64,000 nucleotides of DNA from positions 1-64,000 of the IMG/VR virus record IMGVR_UViG_2765235998_000001; one strand, written 5' to 3'. The notes beneath the pieces were generated by a model. That model saw only the letters and a program-made list of their open reading frames with translations, ran no database searches and was not told the origin of the DNA. Made by a program: the position numbers and the translations under genes. Every line of letters starts with the position of its first letter. The stretch's first letter is position 1. This document shows, one piece after another, positions 1 through 8,302 of the stretch. The DNA is from a virus. Lineage: Duplodnaviria; Caudoviricetes.

Positions 1-98
1 CGGACGTGGACACCGGATCAGTTCCGGGCCGCCTACGGAGCGGCCATCGAACTCAAGATCGCACCGCTATGAGGCGAGGGACCGACGCGGCGTGCACG

Positions 99-359
99 TC
101 AGACAGGAAGCACGGCCTCCACGGCGGTGCTTCCCTCGAGCCGCTCGACCGCGGTCTTCAGGGCGTGCCCGTCGGGACGGTTCCACCAATCCCCGTGACG
201 GACGATCGTGGCACCGGCCAGGCCGCGCAGGACATGCGGACCGGACGCGTACAGGAGAGTGCGGTCGCGGGGGCTTCGGCCCTGTGCGCGGCACCAGGCG
301 TGGAAGTCCTGGAGGGTTCGCGCCAGGACGAGGGTGCGGGCGGAGATCCTCGGCGGCAT
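99..359 (-). CDS. Hypothetical phage protein
   Basis: 86-aa ORF, normal composition, divergent from the endolysin. Confidence 0.55.
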   Translation of the reverse strand: MPPRISARTLVLARTLQDFHAWCRAQGRSPRDRTLLYASGPHVLRGLAGATIVRHGDWWNRPDGHALKTAVERLEGSTAVEAVLPV

Positions 360-498
360 ATCCCGAGCGTAGGCACGTTCGAGAAGAGTGTTCCCCCTGC
401 CCCGATTCGGGTGGGGGGAACACCCGGCTTAAAAGTCCCTAGCCTTTGGATCAGAGATTTGCGCCCCCTCATTTCTTCGATGTAAAGGACGGCACCCG

Positions 499-1425
499 AT
501 GGCCACACCGATGACCGCGGACCAGCGGCTCGCCGCGTACAAGGCCGAGGGCCTCACCGTCCACGAATATCCGGGCTGGCGCACCCACAACCGCGACACC
601 GCCACCGGCAAGACCTTCGGCCCGGTCGTCGGAGTCCTCATCCACCACACAGCCGGCCACAACGACAAGGACATCTGCTACAAGGGCAGATCCGACCTGC
701 CGGGCCCGCTGTGCCACAACTGGCTGGGCCAGACCGCCGGCCTGTGGATGATCGGCCAGGGCCGCGCCAACCACGCCGGCCTCGTCGACGGAGACGTCGT
801 CCGCGCGCTGATGGCGGAGAAGAGCCCGCTGCCCACGGACGACCGCGCAGACACCGACGGCAACGACGTCCTGTACGGCCTGGAGATAGAGAACCTCGGC
901 AACGGCAAAGACCCCTACCCGGCCGCCCAGTACCGGCAGGCCGTGCTGTGGGCGGCCGCGCACTGCCGCCACCACGGCTGGACCGAGAAGTCCGTCGCCG
1001 GGCACAAGGAAGTCCAGCCCGGAAAGATCGACCCGTCGTTCGACATGGACGACTTCCGCGCGGACGTGAAGAAGCAGCTCGCCATCAAGCCCGGCGGGAC
1101 CACGGCCGTCCCGAAGCCCACCCCGAGCACACCGCGCGTGGACCTGTCCCGCCTCACCGCCGCCGCGAAGACCGACCCCGGGGCCAGGCAGGGCCACGTC
1201 ACCTACATGGCGGGCACCAACCTCACCGAGGCGGCCCTGGTCAAGCTCGGCTACCTCTCCAAGACGTACGCAGGCGACGGCTCCTTCGGTTCGACCACCG
1301 TCACCGCGTACGGAAAGTGGCAGCAGCACCTCGGCTACCGGGGCGCCGACGCCAACGGCATCCCCGGCAAGGCATCCCTGACCGAACTCGGCAAGAAGAC
1401 CGGCCTGTTCACGGTGACCCCGTGA
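499..1425 (+). CDS. Endolysin: N-acetylmuramoyl-L-alanine amidase (Amidase_2) with C-terminal peptidoglycan-binding domain
   Basis: Motifs IHHTAG, ANHAG, GLEIEN, GHKE, KIDP; C-terminal DGSFGSTT..A..WQ...G..ANGIPG; RBS AAGGA. Confidence 0.92.
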   Translation: MATPMTADQRLAAYKAEGLTVHEYPGWRTHNRDTATGKTFGPVVGVLIHHTAGHNDKDICYKGRSDLPGPLCHNWLGQTAGLWMIGQGRANHAGLVDGDVVRALMAEKSPLPTDDRADTDGNDVLYGLEIENLGNGKDPYPAAQYRQAVLWAAAHCRHHGWTEKSVAGHKEVQPGKIDPSFDMDDFRADVKKQLAIKPGGTTAVPKPTPSTPRVDLSRLTAAAKTDPGARQGHVTYMAGTNLTEAALVKLGYLSKTYAGDGSFGSTTVTAYGKWQQHLGYRGADANGIPGKASLTELGKKTGLFTVTP

Positions 1426-1772
1426 TCGTCAACAACACAGGGCGCACCGTACGCATCTACGCCGAAACCCGGCCGGACGGCGTCGACGACATCGACTTCG
1501 GCCTCCTGCACACCTTCGACCCCGACCCGCCCGCCGTGCAGCTCACCCCGATGCCGCTGGTCACCCTCTACGAGGACGACATCCCCGTGGAACTCGTCGA
1601 GTTCGGGCACGCCCAGCAGCTGCCCGCCCCACGGGACGGCACCAAGCGCATCGTGCCCCTCGAGGTCGCTCTCGCCCAGCCGCGCCGCGATGACCTCCTG
1701 GTCACCTACCGGCCCGTCACCACAGCCGACGGCACCGTCATCGGCTTCCGCGAACTCGCCCAACCCGTCTGA
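1422..1772 (+). CDS. Small conserved-looking protein (NxTxx...LPAP..G..IV...DDLL...IGFR family)
   Basis: GTG overlaps the endolysin TGA (GTGA); C-terminal part of ORF 711..1772. Confidence 0.7.
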   Translation: MIVNNTGRTVRIYAETRPDGVDDIDFGLLHTFDPDPPAVQLTPMPLVTLYEDDIPVELVEFGHAQQLPAPRDGTKRIVPLEVALAQPRRDDLLVTYRPVTTADGTVIGFRELAQPV

Positions 1773-1783
1773 AGGAGAAACAC

Positions 1784-2146
1784 GTGAAACCGATCCTCCT
1801 GCTCGGCCGCGAACCGGCAGCCCTGCTGGCCCTGTTCGCCGTCGCGGTGAAGATGTTCTCCGCGTTCGTCATCGACGTGGACGTGGACACGCAGGCCTGG
1901 GTGAACGCGGCCGCGGCCGCCGCCATGGGCGTCATCATCGCCGTCATCACCAAGGACGGTGTCGTCGCCGCGGTCCTCGGCCTGACGCAGGCCGTCATCG
2001 CCCTGGCGGTCGGTCTGGGCCTGGACTGGGACGTCAATACGCAGGCCGTGGTGCTGTCGTTCGTGTCTCTCGCGCTCGGCGCCTACGACCGTACGCAGGT
2101 GACCGCGCCGGTGCCGGCGCAGCCCGCCACGGTTCGGGCTGTCTGA
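1784..2146 (+). CDS. Holin-like multi-pass membrane protein
   Basis: About four hydrophobic segments, N-terminal REPA and C-terminal RTQVT motifs, next to endolysin, RBS AAGGAG. Confidence 0.75.
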   Translation: MKPILLLGREPAALLALFAVAVKMFSAFVIDVDVDTQAWVNAAAAAAMGVIIAVITKDGVVAAVLGLTQAVIALAVGLGLDWDVNTQAVVLSFVSLALGAYDRTQVTAPVPAQPATVRAV

Positions 2147-2159
2147 CCGGAGCCTCACC

Positions 2160-2450
2160 ATGACCGACGAGCCGACCCCCGGAGAAATGGTCCGGCGCCT
2201 CGAAGATCGGCTCGCCGACGTCCGCGACGACATCCAACAGCTCGGTCGGCGCCTCGACGAAAAGGTCGACCAACGCATCTACGACCTTCGCCATGAGGCG
2301 CTGACCGGGCGGGTGTCCACGCTGGAAACCCTGCGAGAGAAGGACGCCGAAAAGCTTGTAGCCACCCGACGGTGGCTGATCGGAGCCGTTGTCGTGCCCC
2401 TGGTCGGGATCCTCCTACCTGTCATCCTCCTGCTCGGCCGGGGGACGTGA
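2160..2450 (+). CDS. Lysis-cassette membrane protein (coiled coil plus C-terminal TM)
   Basis: Coiled-coil N-terminus, single C-terminal TM, located in the lysis cassette. Confidence 0.7.
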   Translation: MTDEPTPGEMVRRLEDRLADVRDDIQQLGRRLDEKVDQRIYDLRHEALTGRVSTLETLREKDAEKLVATRRWLIGAVVVPLVGILLPVILLLGRGT

Positions 2451-3178
2451 TGGGCAGGGCACAGATACGCGCCCAGGAACGCCGGTGGCGCCGCGGCGAC
2501 GGAATCGCACTGATCGCAGCCCTCGCACTGGGGTGCGCGGTCGCGTGGATCCTGCTGTCCGTACAGGGACTCCAGCACGACCTGCGCACCTCCAACGACG
2601 CCCGGGACGCACTGGCTCAGCAGGTGGAATCGCTGGGGCATACGCCGGTAGGCGGTCCGCCCGGATCGCGGGGAGAGCCGGGCCAGACGGTCATCGGTGC
2701 CCGCGGGCCGTCGGGTCCTCCCGGGCCTTCCGGACCGTCAGGGAAGCCGGCGCCCACCCTCACCCCAAGTCCGGGTCCGCCCGGGCCGTCTGGCGCACCG
2801 GGCGCTTCCGGGCAGCCGGGCGCCGACTCCACCATCCCCGGCCCGACCGGGCCCGCTGGCGCGAACGGAGCCGATGGCGCGAACGGCCAGGACGGCAAGG
2901 ACGGAACCGACGGTAAAAACGGGGCCCCGCCATCGGAGTGGACGTACACCGACCAGGACGGCGCCGAGTACCAGTGCGTGCCGGTCGACGACTTCGACCC
3001 CAACAACCCCCGCTACCAGTGCACCCGCACGTCCGGGCCGACGTCCAGCTCAGACCCGTCACCCACCCCCACACCGGGCGACCAGCCCTCCCCGAGCGAC
3101 ACCCAGTCGACGGGACTGCTGCCGATCAACCTGCTCAGCCGACGCACCTCGTCAGGAAGGCCCGCGCGGCAGACCTGA
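2450..3178 (+). CDS. Membrane-anchored collagen-like protein
   Basis: N-terminal TM, short coiled coil, Gly-X-Y runs, C-terminal Cys pair; ATG overlaps the upstream TGA. Confidence 0.8.
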   Translation: MGRAQIRAQERRWRRGDGIALIAALALGCAVAWILLSVQGLQHDLRTSNDARDALAQQVESLGHTPVGGPPGSRGEPGQTVIGARGPSGPPGPSGPSGKPAPTLTPSPGPPGPSGAPGASGQPGADSTIPGPTGPAGANGADGANGQDGKDGTDGKNGAPPSEWTYTDQDGAEYQCVPVDDFDPNNPRYQCTRTSGPTSSSDPSPTPTPGDQPSPSDTQSTGLLPINLLSRRTSSGRPARQT

Positions 3179-3199
3179 CGACCCACATAGGAGATCGAA

Positions 3200-3637
3200 A
3201 TGGCGAACTTCACCTTCAACGTCGCCCTCGGCCGGGCGGCCGCGCTCGCTGCGCTGCCTGCCGCGAGCGATGCCCTCATCCTGATCCCGCTGGAGTCCAG
3301 CGGCCTGGAGACCGACGCTGTCCTCAAGGACAAGGACACCTTCGCCGACGTCGTGTCGGGCACCACCAACGAGCAGACCACCGTCGGCCGGAAGACCCTC
3401 ACCGGCATCACGGTGACGGTCAACGACACTCTCGACCGTGTGGAAATCGACGCCGCCGACGTGTCATGGACGTCGCCGACCGGCAACGCCGTGGGCGCGC
3501 TGGTGGTCTGCTACGACCCGGACAACACCACTGGCACCGACGCCGACTTGATCCCCGTCACCAAGGCTGACGCGACCTGGTCGCCGGACGGCACCACCTT
3601 CACCTTGAACATTGCCGATTTCTTCCGAGCCAGCTAG
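3200..3637 (+). CDS. Minor tail / tail-fibre base protein
   Basis: Beta-rich 145 aa with DAADVSWT motif typical of actinophage minor tail proteins; RBS AGGAG. Confidence 0.65.
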   Translation: MANFTFNVALGRAAALAALPAASDALILIPLESSGLETDAVLKDKDTFADVVSGTTNEQTTVGRKTLTGITVTVNDTLDRVEIDAADVSWTSPTGNAVGALVVCYDPDNTTGTDADLIPVTKADATWSPDGTTFTLNIADFFRAS

Positions 3638-3674
3638 GCCGCGTAACGGCGGGTAGTCCTGGCGGGAGGATGCC

Positions 3675-5165
3675 GTGACGACGATCACCGACGACTTCAA
3701 CAGGGTGGATTCCACCAGCCTCGGCGCAACCTGGGTGGAAGTGAGCGGCGACTGGTCGATCATCTCCAACCAGCTCAGCAGCGGGTCTGCGGGCGGCACG
3801 ATCATTCTGCGCGCCGCCACAGCGATGGCAACATCCGATCACTCGGCGCAGGTGAAAATCTCCGCCACCGCGGCCGTCTCCCATGGCGTGTGGGCCAGGG
3901 GCAACACCAACATCACGTCCGGCTATTTGTGGAGGAATGACGGCTCCTCCTGGAATCTGTTCAGCGTCGTGGGAGGTTCATTTACCTCCATCGGCTCCTT
4001 CGCAGGGGCAGCCGTCGCAGGCGACGTGGCGAAGATCCAGGCCGTCGGCTCGACGATCAAGGGCTTCGTCAACGGAATCGAGAGGGTGTCGGTGGTCAAC
4101 ACCGCCGTCACGACAGGAACGTCCGTCGGCCTCCGAGCCGAATCCGTCAGCTCGCTCCGCTTCGACGACTTCGCCGCGGCAGACGTCACCACCGGCACGA
4201 CTCTCACCCTCACACCTGCGACCGAAGCGGAGACGGCGCAGCCACTCACGGGCGCCAAGACGGCCACGATCGGCACCGCCGGCGCCACCGACACAGCGCA
4301 ACCCCTCACGGGATCGAAAACCGGGGCCCTGCCCGTCGCTTCCGAAACGGAGTCAGTCCAGGCGCTCACCGGCAGCAAGGCCAGCGCTCTCAGCCCTGCC
4401 AGCAGCACGGAGACGGCGCAGCCGCTGACCGGCGCGAAGACGAGTGCTCTCGGACCGTCCGCTGCCGCCGAATCGGCACAGCCCCTGACTGGCACGAAGG
4501 CCGCTCCCCTGGCCCCCGCTACCGAGGCGGAGGATGCGCAGCCCCTGCCCGGCAGCAAGACCGCCACTCTCGGCACGGCCACGGACACGTCCACCGCTCA
4601 GCCACTTACCGGCACCAAGACCGCGGGGCTCACCTCGGCCGCCGAAGCTGACACGGCGGAGAGTCTCGCCGGATCCAAGACCGCCCCCCTCACGCCAGCC
4701 GACACGCACGACAGTGTGCAGCCCCTCGCCGGGGAGAAGGCGGCCACGCTCGGCGTCGCGGCCGCCGTGGAGGAAGCGCAGCCGCTCACCGGGGGCGCCC
4801 CGGGAGTACTCGGTACGGCAAACGCCCTCGAGGAGGCACTGCCTCTCACCGGCAGCAAGACAGCCGCCCTCGCGCCGGCCACCGAGCAGGACACCACCCA
4901 GACCCTCACCGGCACGAAGGCGGGCACGCTCACTGCTGCCGGAGCCGTCGAAACGGCGCAACCGCTCGCCGGCGCCAAGACCGCAACCCTGACGCCCGCG
5001 CTGGAGACTGACGCGGCCCATCCGCTCACCACGCCCTCCACCAGCCTGCCCAGCCTGAAACGCACGTACAGGATTCCCGTCCAGCCTCGGCGGCTCGTCG
5101 TGCCCGCCCGGCAACGGCACTACAGCATCCCGGTCGAGCCTCGCACCCACACCATTCGGAGGTAG
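3675..5165 (+). CDS. Tail fibre / receptor-binding protein: lectin-like N-terminal domain plus 20-aa repeat stalk
   Basis: TDDFNR...FDDF beta-sandwich signature, then 14 tandem 20-aa repeats. Confidence 0.7.
   Translation: MTTITDDFNRVDSTSLGATWVEVSGDWSIISNQLSSGSAGGTIILRAATAMATSDHSAQVKISATAAVSHGVWARGNTNITSGYLWRNDGSSWNLFSVVGGSFTSIGSFAGAAVAGDVAKIQAVGSTIKGFVNGIERVSVVNTAVTTGTSVGLRAESVSSLRFDDFAAADVTTGTTLTLTPATEAETAQPLTGAKTATIGTAGATDTAQPLTGSKTGALPVASETESVQALTGSKASALSPASSTETAQPLTGAKTSALGPSAAAESAQPLTGTKAAPLAPATEAEDAQPLPGSKTATLGTATDTSTAQPLTGTKTAGLTSAAEADTAESLAGSKTAPLTPADTHDSVQPLAGEKAATLGVAAAVEEAQPLTGGAPGVLGTANALEEALPLTGSKTAALAPATEQDTTQTLTGTKAGTLTAAGAVETAQPLAGAKTATLTPALETDAAHPLTTPSTSLPSLKRTYRIPVQPRRLVVPARQRHYSIPVEPRTHTIRR
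4200..5040 (+). repeat. 14 degenerate 60-bp (20-aa) tandem repeats, consensus TAxLxxAxExxTAQPLTGxK
   Basis: Repeat phase matches the 60-nt sequence lines (..CAGCCxCTxACCGGCxxxAAG..). Confidence 0.9.
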
Positions 5166-5169
5166 GCCG

Positions 5170-5448
5170 ATGGCCGCCAGCTATACCAAGGTCCCTGTGG
5201 CCCGCCTGGACTACACCTGGGAATGGGGGCCATGGCTCGCTGACGTCTCCGACACCATCGACTCTGTGACGGTCACGGTGCCTGAGGGGTTGACGGCTGT
5301 CGGGGCGCCCGTCGTCGATGGCGGCGATGTCACGCAGCGGGTGGAGGGCGGGGTTCTGGACGACGTCTACAAGATGGTCTGTCGGATCCAGACTGTTGGG
5401 GGGCTGATCGACGAAGAGCCGATCTATCTCGTGATCAGGGACAAGTGA
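5170..5448 (+). CDS. Phage fibre-tail adaptor-like protein
   Basis: K.P...LDY.W.W..WL...DTI.S motif and GG....Y...C.I.T..G motif. Confidence 0.7.
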   Translation: MAASYTKVPVARLDYTWEWGPWLADVSDTIDSVTVTVPEGLTAVGAPVVDGGDVTQRVEGGVLDDVYKMVCRIQTVGGLIDEEPIYLVIRDK

Positions 5449-5473
5449 GGGCTTGGACCCGGGCGTACGTACG

Positions 5474-5641
5474 ATGGCGGGCATGCTGACCGACAGGCCG
5501 AAGCCTCCTTCCCCGACGTGTCCGCCCGCGCAGGTCGGCCCGTGTACCGGGTGCGGGCATCCCACGCACCGGTACGGGTCCGGGGGCTGCCCACTGTGCG
5601 TCGTGTGCCTGGCCGCCGTGGAGGCCGGGCGCGGCAAGTAG
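5474..5641 (+). CDS. Small Cys-rich (Zn-finger) protein
   Basis: CxxC ... CxxC. Confidence 0.5.
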   Translation: MAGMLTDRPKPPSPTCPPAQVGPCTGCGHPTHRYGSGGCPLCVVCLAAVEAGRGK

Positions 5642-5649
5642 GGGACGCG

Positions 5650-5682
5650 CCGAAGCCCCGCGCATGGCGGGGCTTCGGTTTC
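5650..5682 (+). terminator. Intrinsic terminator ending the late operon
   Basis: CCGAAGCCCCGC-GCATG-GCGGGGCTTCGG followed by TTT. Confidence 0.75.
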
Positions 5683-5827
5683 CTGCGGGCGGGGCGGCAG
5701 GGTCCGCGTTCAGGCCGTATTGCGGCAGCCTCGCCGGTGGCGCCCCGTAGGGTCGGACCGGCATCCCATCCCTGGACGCCCCTGCTATTTATGTGGGAGT
5801 CCTGCGGCGCGAACGCCTACACAGAGT

Positions 5828-6022
5828 CTAGCGGGCGCGATCAGTCTGCGCTCCGGTCTCAAGTTCCCCGATGCGGGCGGTCGCCGACATCGCTTCTTGG
5901 TGCCAGTAATCCCGATGTTCGATCACCTGAGCCAACTCCGCTCGGAGGCGCTCGATCTCTATCTCGGCTTCAAGGGCGCGGTCGCGCCACCGGTTGCCGA
6001 ACTCCTCGACTGATTCGATCAC
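5828..6022 (-). CDS. Hypothetical coiled-coil protein
   Basis: GTG start overlaps the upstream stop. Confidence 0.55.
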   Translation of the reverse strand: MIESVEEFGNRWRDRALEAEIEIERLRAELAQVIEHRDYWHQEAMSATARIGELETGAQTDRAR

Positions 6023-6237
6023 TGCCGCTTCTCGCTTTCTCCAGCCTCGGTTGCCAGGCCGTCGAGGTACTGGGCGCCTCTCTCTACGGCGAAGTCGCCG
6101 CTCCTCTCGCAATAGCAGATACCGGGGTCGGGGTAACTCTGCGAGGCGCACCCCGGCTCGTGATCGTCGTCGTGCTGCTCCTGGTCAATGAGTGCCTGAA
6201 TGCGGGCCTCGTAGGCGCGATCCTGGTTGGCCGTCAT
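6019..6237 (-). CDS. Hypothetical protein
   Basis: ATG with AAGGA RBS; shares the VER.A.YLD.LATEA motif with 6330..6785. Confidence 0.6.
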   Translation of the reverse strand: MTANQDRAYEARIQALIDQEQHDDDHEPGCASQSYPDPGICYCERSGDFAVERGAQYLDGLATEAGESEKRQ

Positions 6238-6329
6238 GCGTGGTGGTCCTTTCGGTGCTGTGGTGAGATCTCGCTCGGTGGCTGGGGTGGCGTCCGGCTG
6301 GCGCGGGGCGAGGTCGCCGCTCATCGCTC

Positions 6330-6785
6330 TCATCGCTCGTCCTCCGTCTCGTGCTGGCCGGGGCACTGGAAGAGGACTTCCAGGCGCATGAACGTGTGCG
6401 AGGGGTGCCGCTTCGTGTAGCCGCAGCTCCGCTGTTCTCCCTCCTGCCGGACAGAGACGGCCTCGTCGTGCTGGACCCAAAGCGCCTCGGTCGCAAGGTC
6501 GTCCAGGTACTCGGCGGCCCGCTCCACGTCAGCGTCACCGCCCATGGAGTGGATCTGCTGCGCGCACCAGCGGATGATGGCGGCCCGGTCCGTCACGGGG
6601 GAGGAGTCGACCTGCGCCCGGGTGGACAGGCCGTGCAGGTGGTCCGCCGCATCCTGGGCCGTCTCGCTGTCGTCCACGGATCGCACTCGGTCGGCGCACC
6701 AGAGAATGACCGCCGCGTGGTCGGTGCACTCGCGGGCCAGAGTTGCGGCGGCTTCCTGTTCCGAGGGGTGCGGCTTCATCGTCAT
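6330..6785 (-). CDS. Hypothetical protein with internal duplication
   Basis: Two TD.AA.I.WCA...AA..L..L units; RBS GGAGG. Confidence 0.65.
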   Translation of the reverse strand: MTMKPHPSEQEAAATLARECTDHAAVILWCADRVRSVDDSETAQDAADHLHGLSTRAQVDSSPVTDRAAIIRWCAQQIHSMGGDADVERAAEYLDDLATEALWVQHDEAVSVRQEGEQRSCGYTKRHPSHTFMRLEVLFQCPGQHETEDER

Positions 6786-6862
6786 GGTCGCCTCCTACTT
6801 CGATACGGTACGGGCGGCGCCCCGGCTGCTTTCCTCAGCCGGGGCGTCACAGTATCGAGTGG

Positions 6863-7120
6863 TCACTTGCTCGCGAGGGCCAGGAAGGCGAGCGGGTTGA
6901 GGGTGTCGCCGTTCTCGTCGCCCGCCAGCCACTCGTCGAACAGGTCGTCACCGAGGCGGGTGTGGAGCTCGTCCATCATCCAGCCGCGCACGATGGCGAG
7001 TTCCTGAGTCACGGGCTTGTTCTCGGTGCCCATCCAGGCGAGGCAGAGAGCCTCGTCGCTGAGCTTGGCCGCCATCTCCGCAACCTTGGTCGTGCCCTGC
7101 TCGCGAGTCGTGACGCTCAT
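6863..7120 (-). CDS. Hypothetical protein
   Basis: 85-aa ORF, RBS GGGAG. Confidence 0.65.
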   Translation of the reverse strand: MSVTTREQGTTKVAEMAAKLSDEALCLAWMGTENKPVTQELAIVRGWMMDELHTRLGDDLFDEWLAGDENGDTLNPLAFLALASK

Positions 7121-7139
7121 CGTGGTCTCCCTGCTCTTT

Positions 7140-7197
7140 GGTGGCTTGCCACCACTATGGCAGACGGCTTGACCGGTGGCAAGCCACCCCGCATGAT
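7140..7197. promoter_or_regulatory. Overlapping divergent promoters with two 14-bp operator palindromes
   Basis: GGTGGCTTGCCACC (7140-7153) and GGTGGCAAGCCACC (7175-7188); plus strand TTGACC-N17-CATGAT; minus strand TTGCCA-N17-CATAGT. Confidence 0.7.
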
Positions 7198-7203
7198 TGG
7201 CCC

Positions 7204-7434
7204 ATGGCCACCGACGAAGAACGACGCAAGCAGCACCGCCACCGCCACAAGCAGCGCGTCGTGCGTGGCATCCCCGACGAACTGGTGGCCGACTTCGACG
7301 CGGCCACCCACGCCGTCGGAAGCGACCGCAGCAACATCACCCGCCAACTCTGGGAGTGGTTCGCGGGACGGCCCGGCGCGGAACTGCCCACGCGCCCCGA
7401 ACCCGCGTCGATGCGGCAGGATGGAGCGCTATGA
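7204..7434 (+). CDS. Ribbon-helix-helix-like repressor, probably leaderless
   Basis: RVVRGIPDEL..F......RS..RQL.EW pattern; ATG 7 nt after the -10 element. Confidence 0.65.
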   Translation: MATDEERRKQHRHRHKQRVVRGIPDELVADFDAATHAVGSDRSNITRQLWEWFAGRPGAELPTRPEPASMRQDGAL

Positions 7435-7655
7435 CCGTGACGTGGACGGGGCTGGGTGAGCGCCCCATCGGAACCATCAAATGCGACCGCTGCGGCACCA
7501 CTTGGAGCGACGGCAAGGCGGAGACCGATGGGGAGGGACTGATCCACCGTCGGGCGCATGAGAAGGCTGGGTGGAAGTCCTACCGGCCGAACGAGTACCG
7601 GCAGGAAGACCGGTGCCCGGACTGCAAGGTCGCCACGATCCCAGGCACGTACTGA
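7431..7655 (+). CDS. Small Zn-finger protein
   Basis: CDRC...GW...CPDC; ATGA overlap. Confidence 0.6.
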   Translation: MTVTWTGLGERPIGTIKCDRCGTTWSDGKAETDGEGLIHRRAHEKAGWKSYRPNEYRQEDRCPDCKVATIPGTY

Positions 7656-7795
7656 TGCCCGAGCAGAACCAGCCGACCGTGTGCAGCGGATGCCGTCAGG
7701 AATTGTGCCCCGTATGCGGGGCTTGCCCCTGCCTTCCGGAGGCGGACTGGTTGTGTCGTCGCGCGGAGCACTGGCGACCGGAGAATCGCTCCTGA
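7655..7795 (+). CDS. Small Cys-rich protein
   Basis: TGATG coupling; CxxC repeats. Confidence 0.4.
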   Translation: MPEQNQPTVCSGCRQELCPVCGACPCLPEADWLCRRAEHWRPENRS

Positions 7796-7883
7796 CGAAG
7801 AATCTGACGGTCTGTGAGGCGCGACAAGATCACCGGTCGTGCAGCGGGGGAACGGTTGACGGCAGCGAGGCCAGACTGTCGGC

Positions 7884-8066
7884 ATGGACTCTATGCAGGA
7901 TGCCGAGTTGATCCTCGTCGCCCACCAGCGTCGCGACATCAGCAGCTGCCTGTGCGGCTGGGCCGAACTGGGCAAGTCCCACGCTAGGCACCAAGTCGCC
8001 ATGCTCCGTGAGGCCGGGCTGCTGCGCGACGAGCCGGAGGCGGCATGGGGGCAACGTGCCACATAG
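7884..8066 (+). CDS. Hypothetical protein
   Basis: 60-aa ORF with H...CLCGW...H motif. Confidence 0.5.
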   Translation: MDSMQDAELILVAHQRRDISSCLCGWAELGKSHARHQVAMLREAGLLRDEPEAAWGQRAT

Positions 8067-8120
8067 CTCCGGTTAATGTTCCTTCTGAAGAGGGATCATT
8101 CTGAGGCAGGAGAGACGCAC

Positions 8121-8294
8121 GTGGACCCGATGAAGCGCATGTTCGTTGTCGGCCTGACAGTTCCCGCTGCCGTGACCGGCATCGTGGTACTGGCCGTGTG
8201 GCCCAACTCGCTCATGCAGTGGCTGATCGTGGCTGCGACTCCCTTCGTGACATCGTCTGCTGTTGCCATGGCGTACGCCTACCGGTCTCGGTGA
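8121..8294 (+). CDS. Small two-TM membrane protein
   Basis: RBS AGGAG; two hydrophobic segments. Confidence 0.45.
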   Translation: MDPMKRMFVVGLTVPAAVTGIVVLAVWPNSLMQWLIVAATPFVTSSAVAMAYAYRSR

Positions 8295-8302
8295 AGCAGG
8301 CC

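Noticed and set aside
4200-5040. Regular 60-bp periodicity as a possible CRISPR array
   Set aside because: Repeats are degenerate at synonymous positions and in frame within a protein; no cas genes are present
8263-8280. TGCCATGGCGTACG as a sixth operator upstream of the recombinase
   Set aside because: The right arm has two mismatches and there is no matching -35/-10 frame; it could be chance
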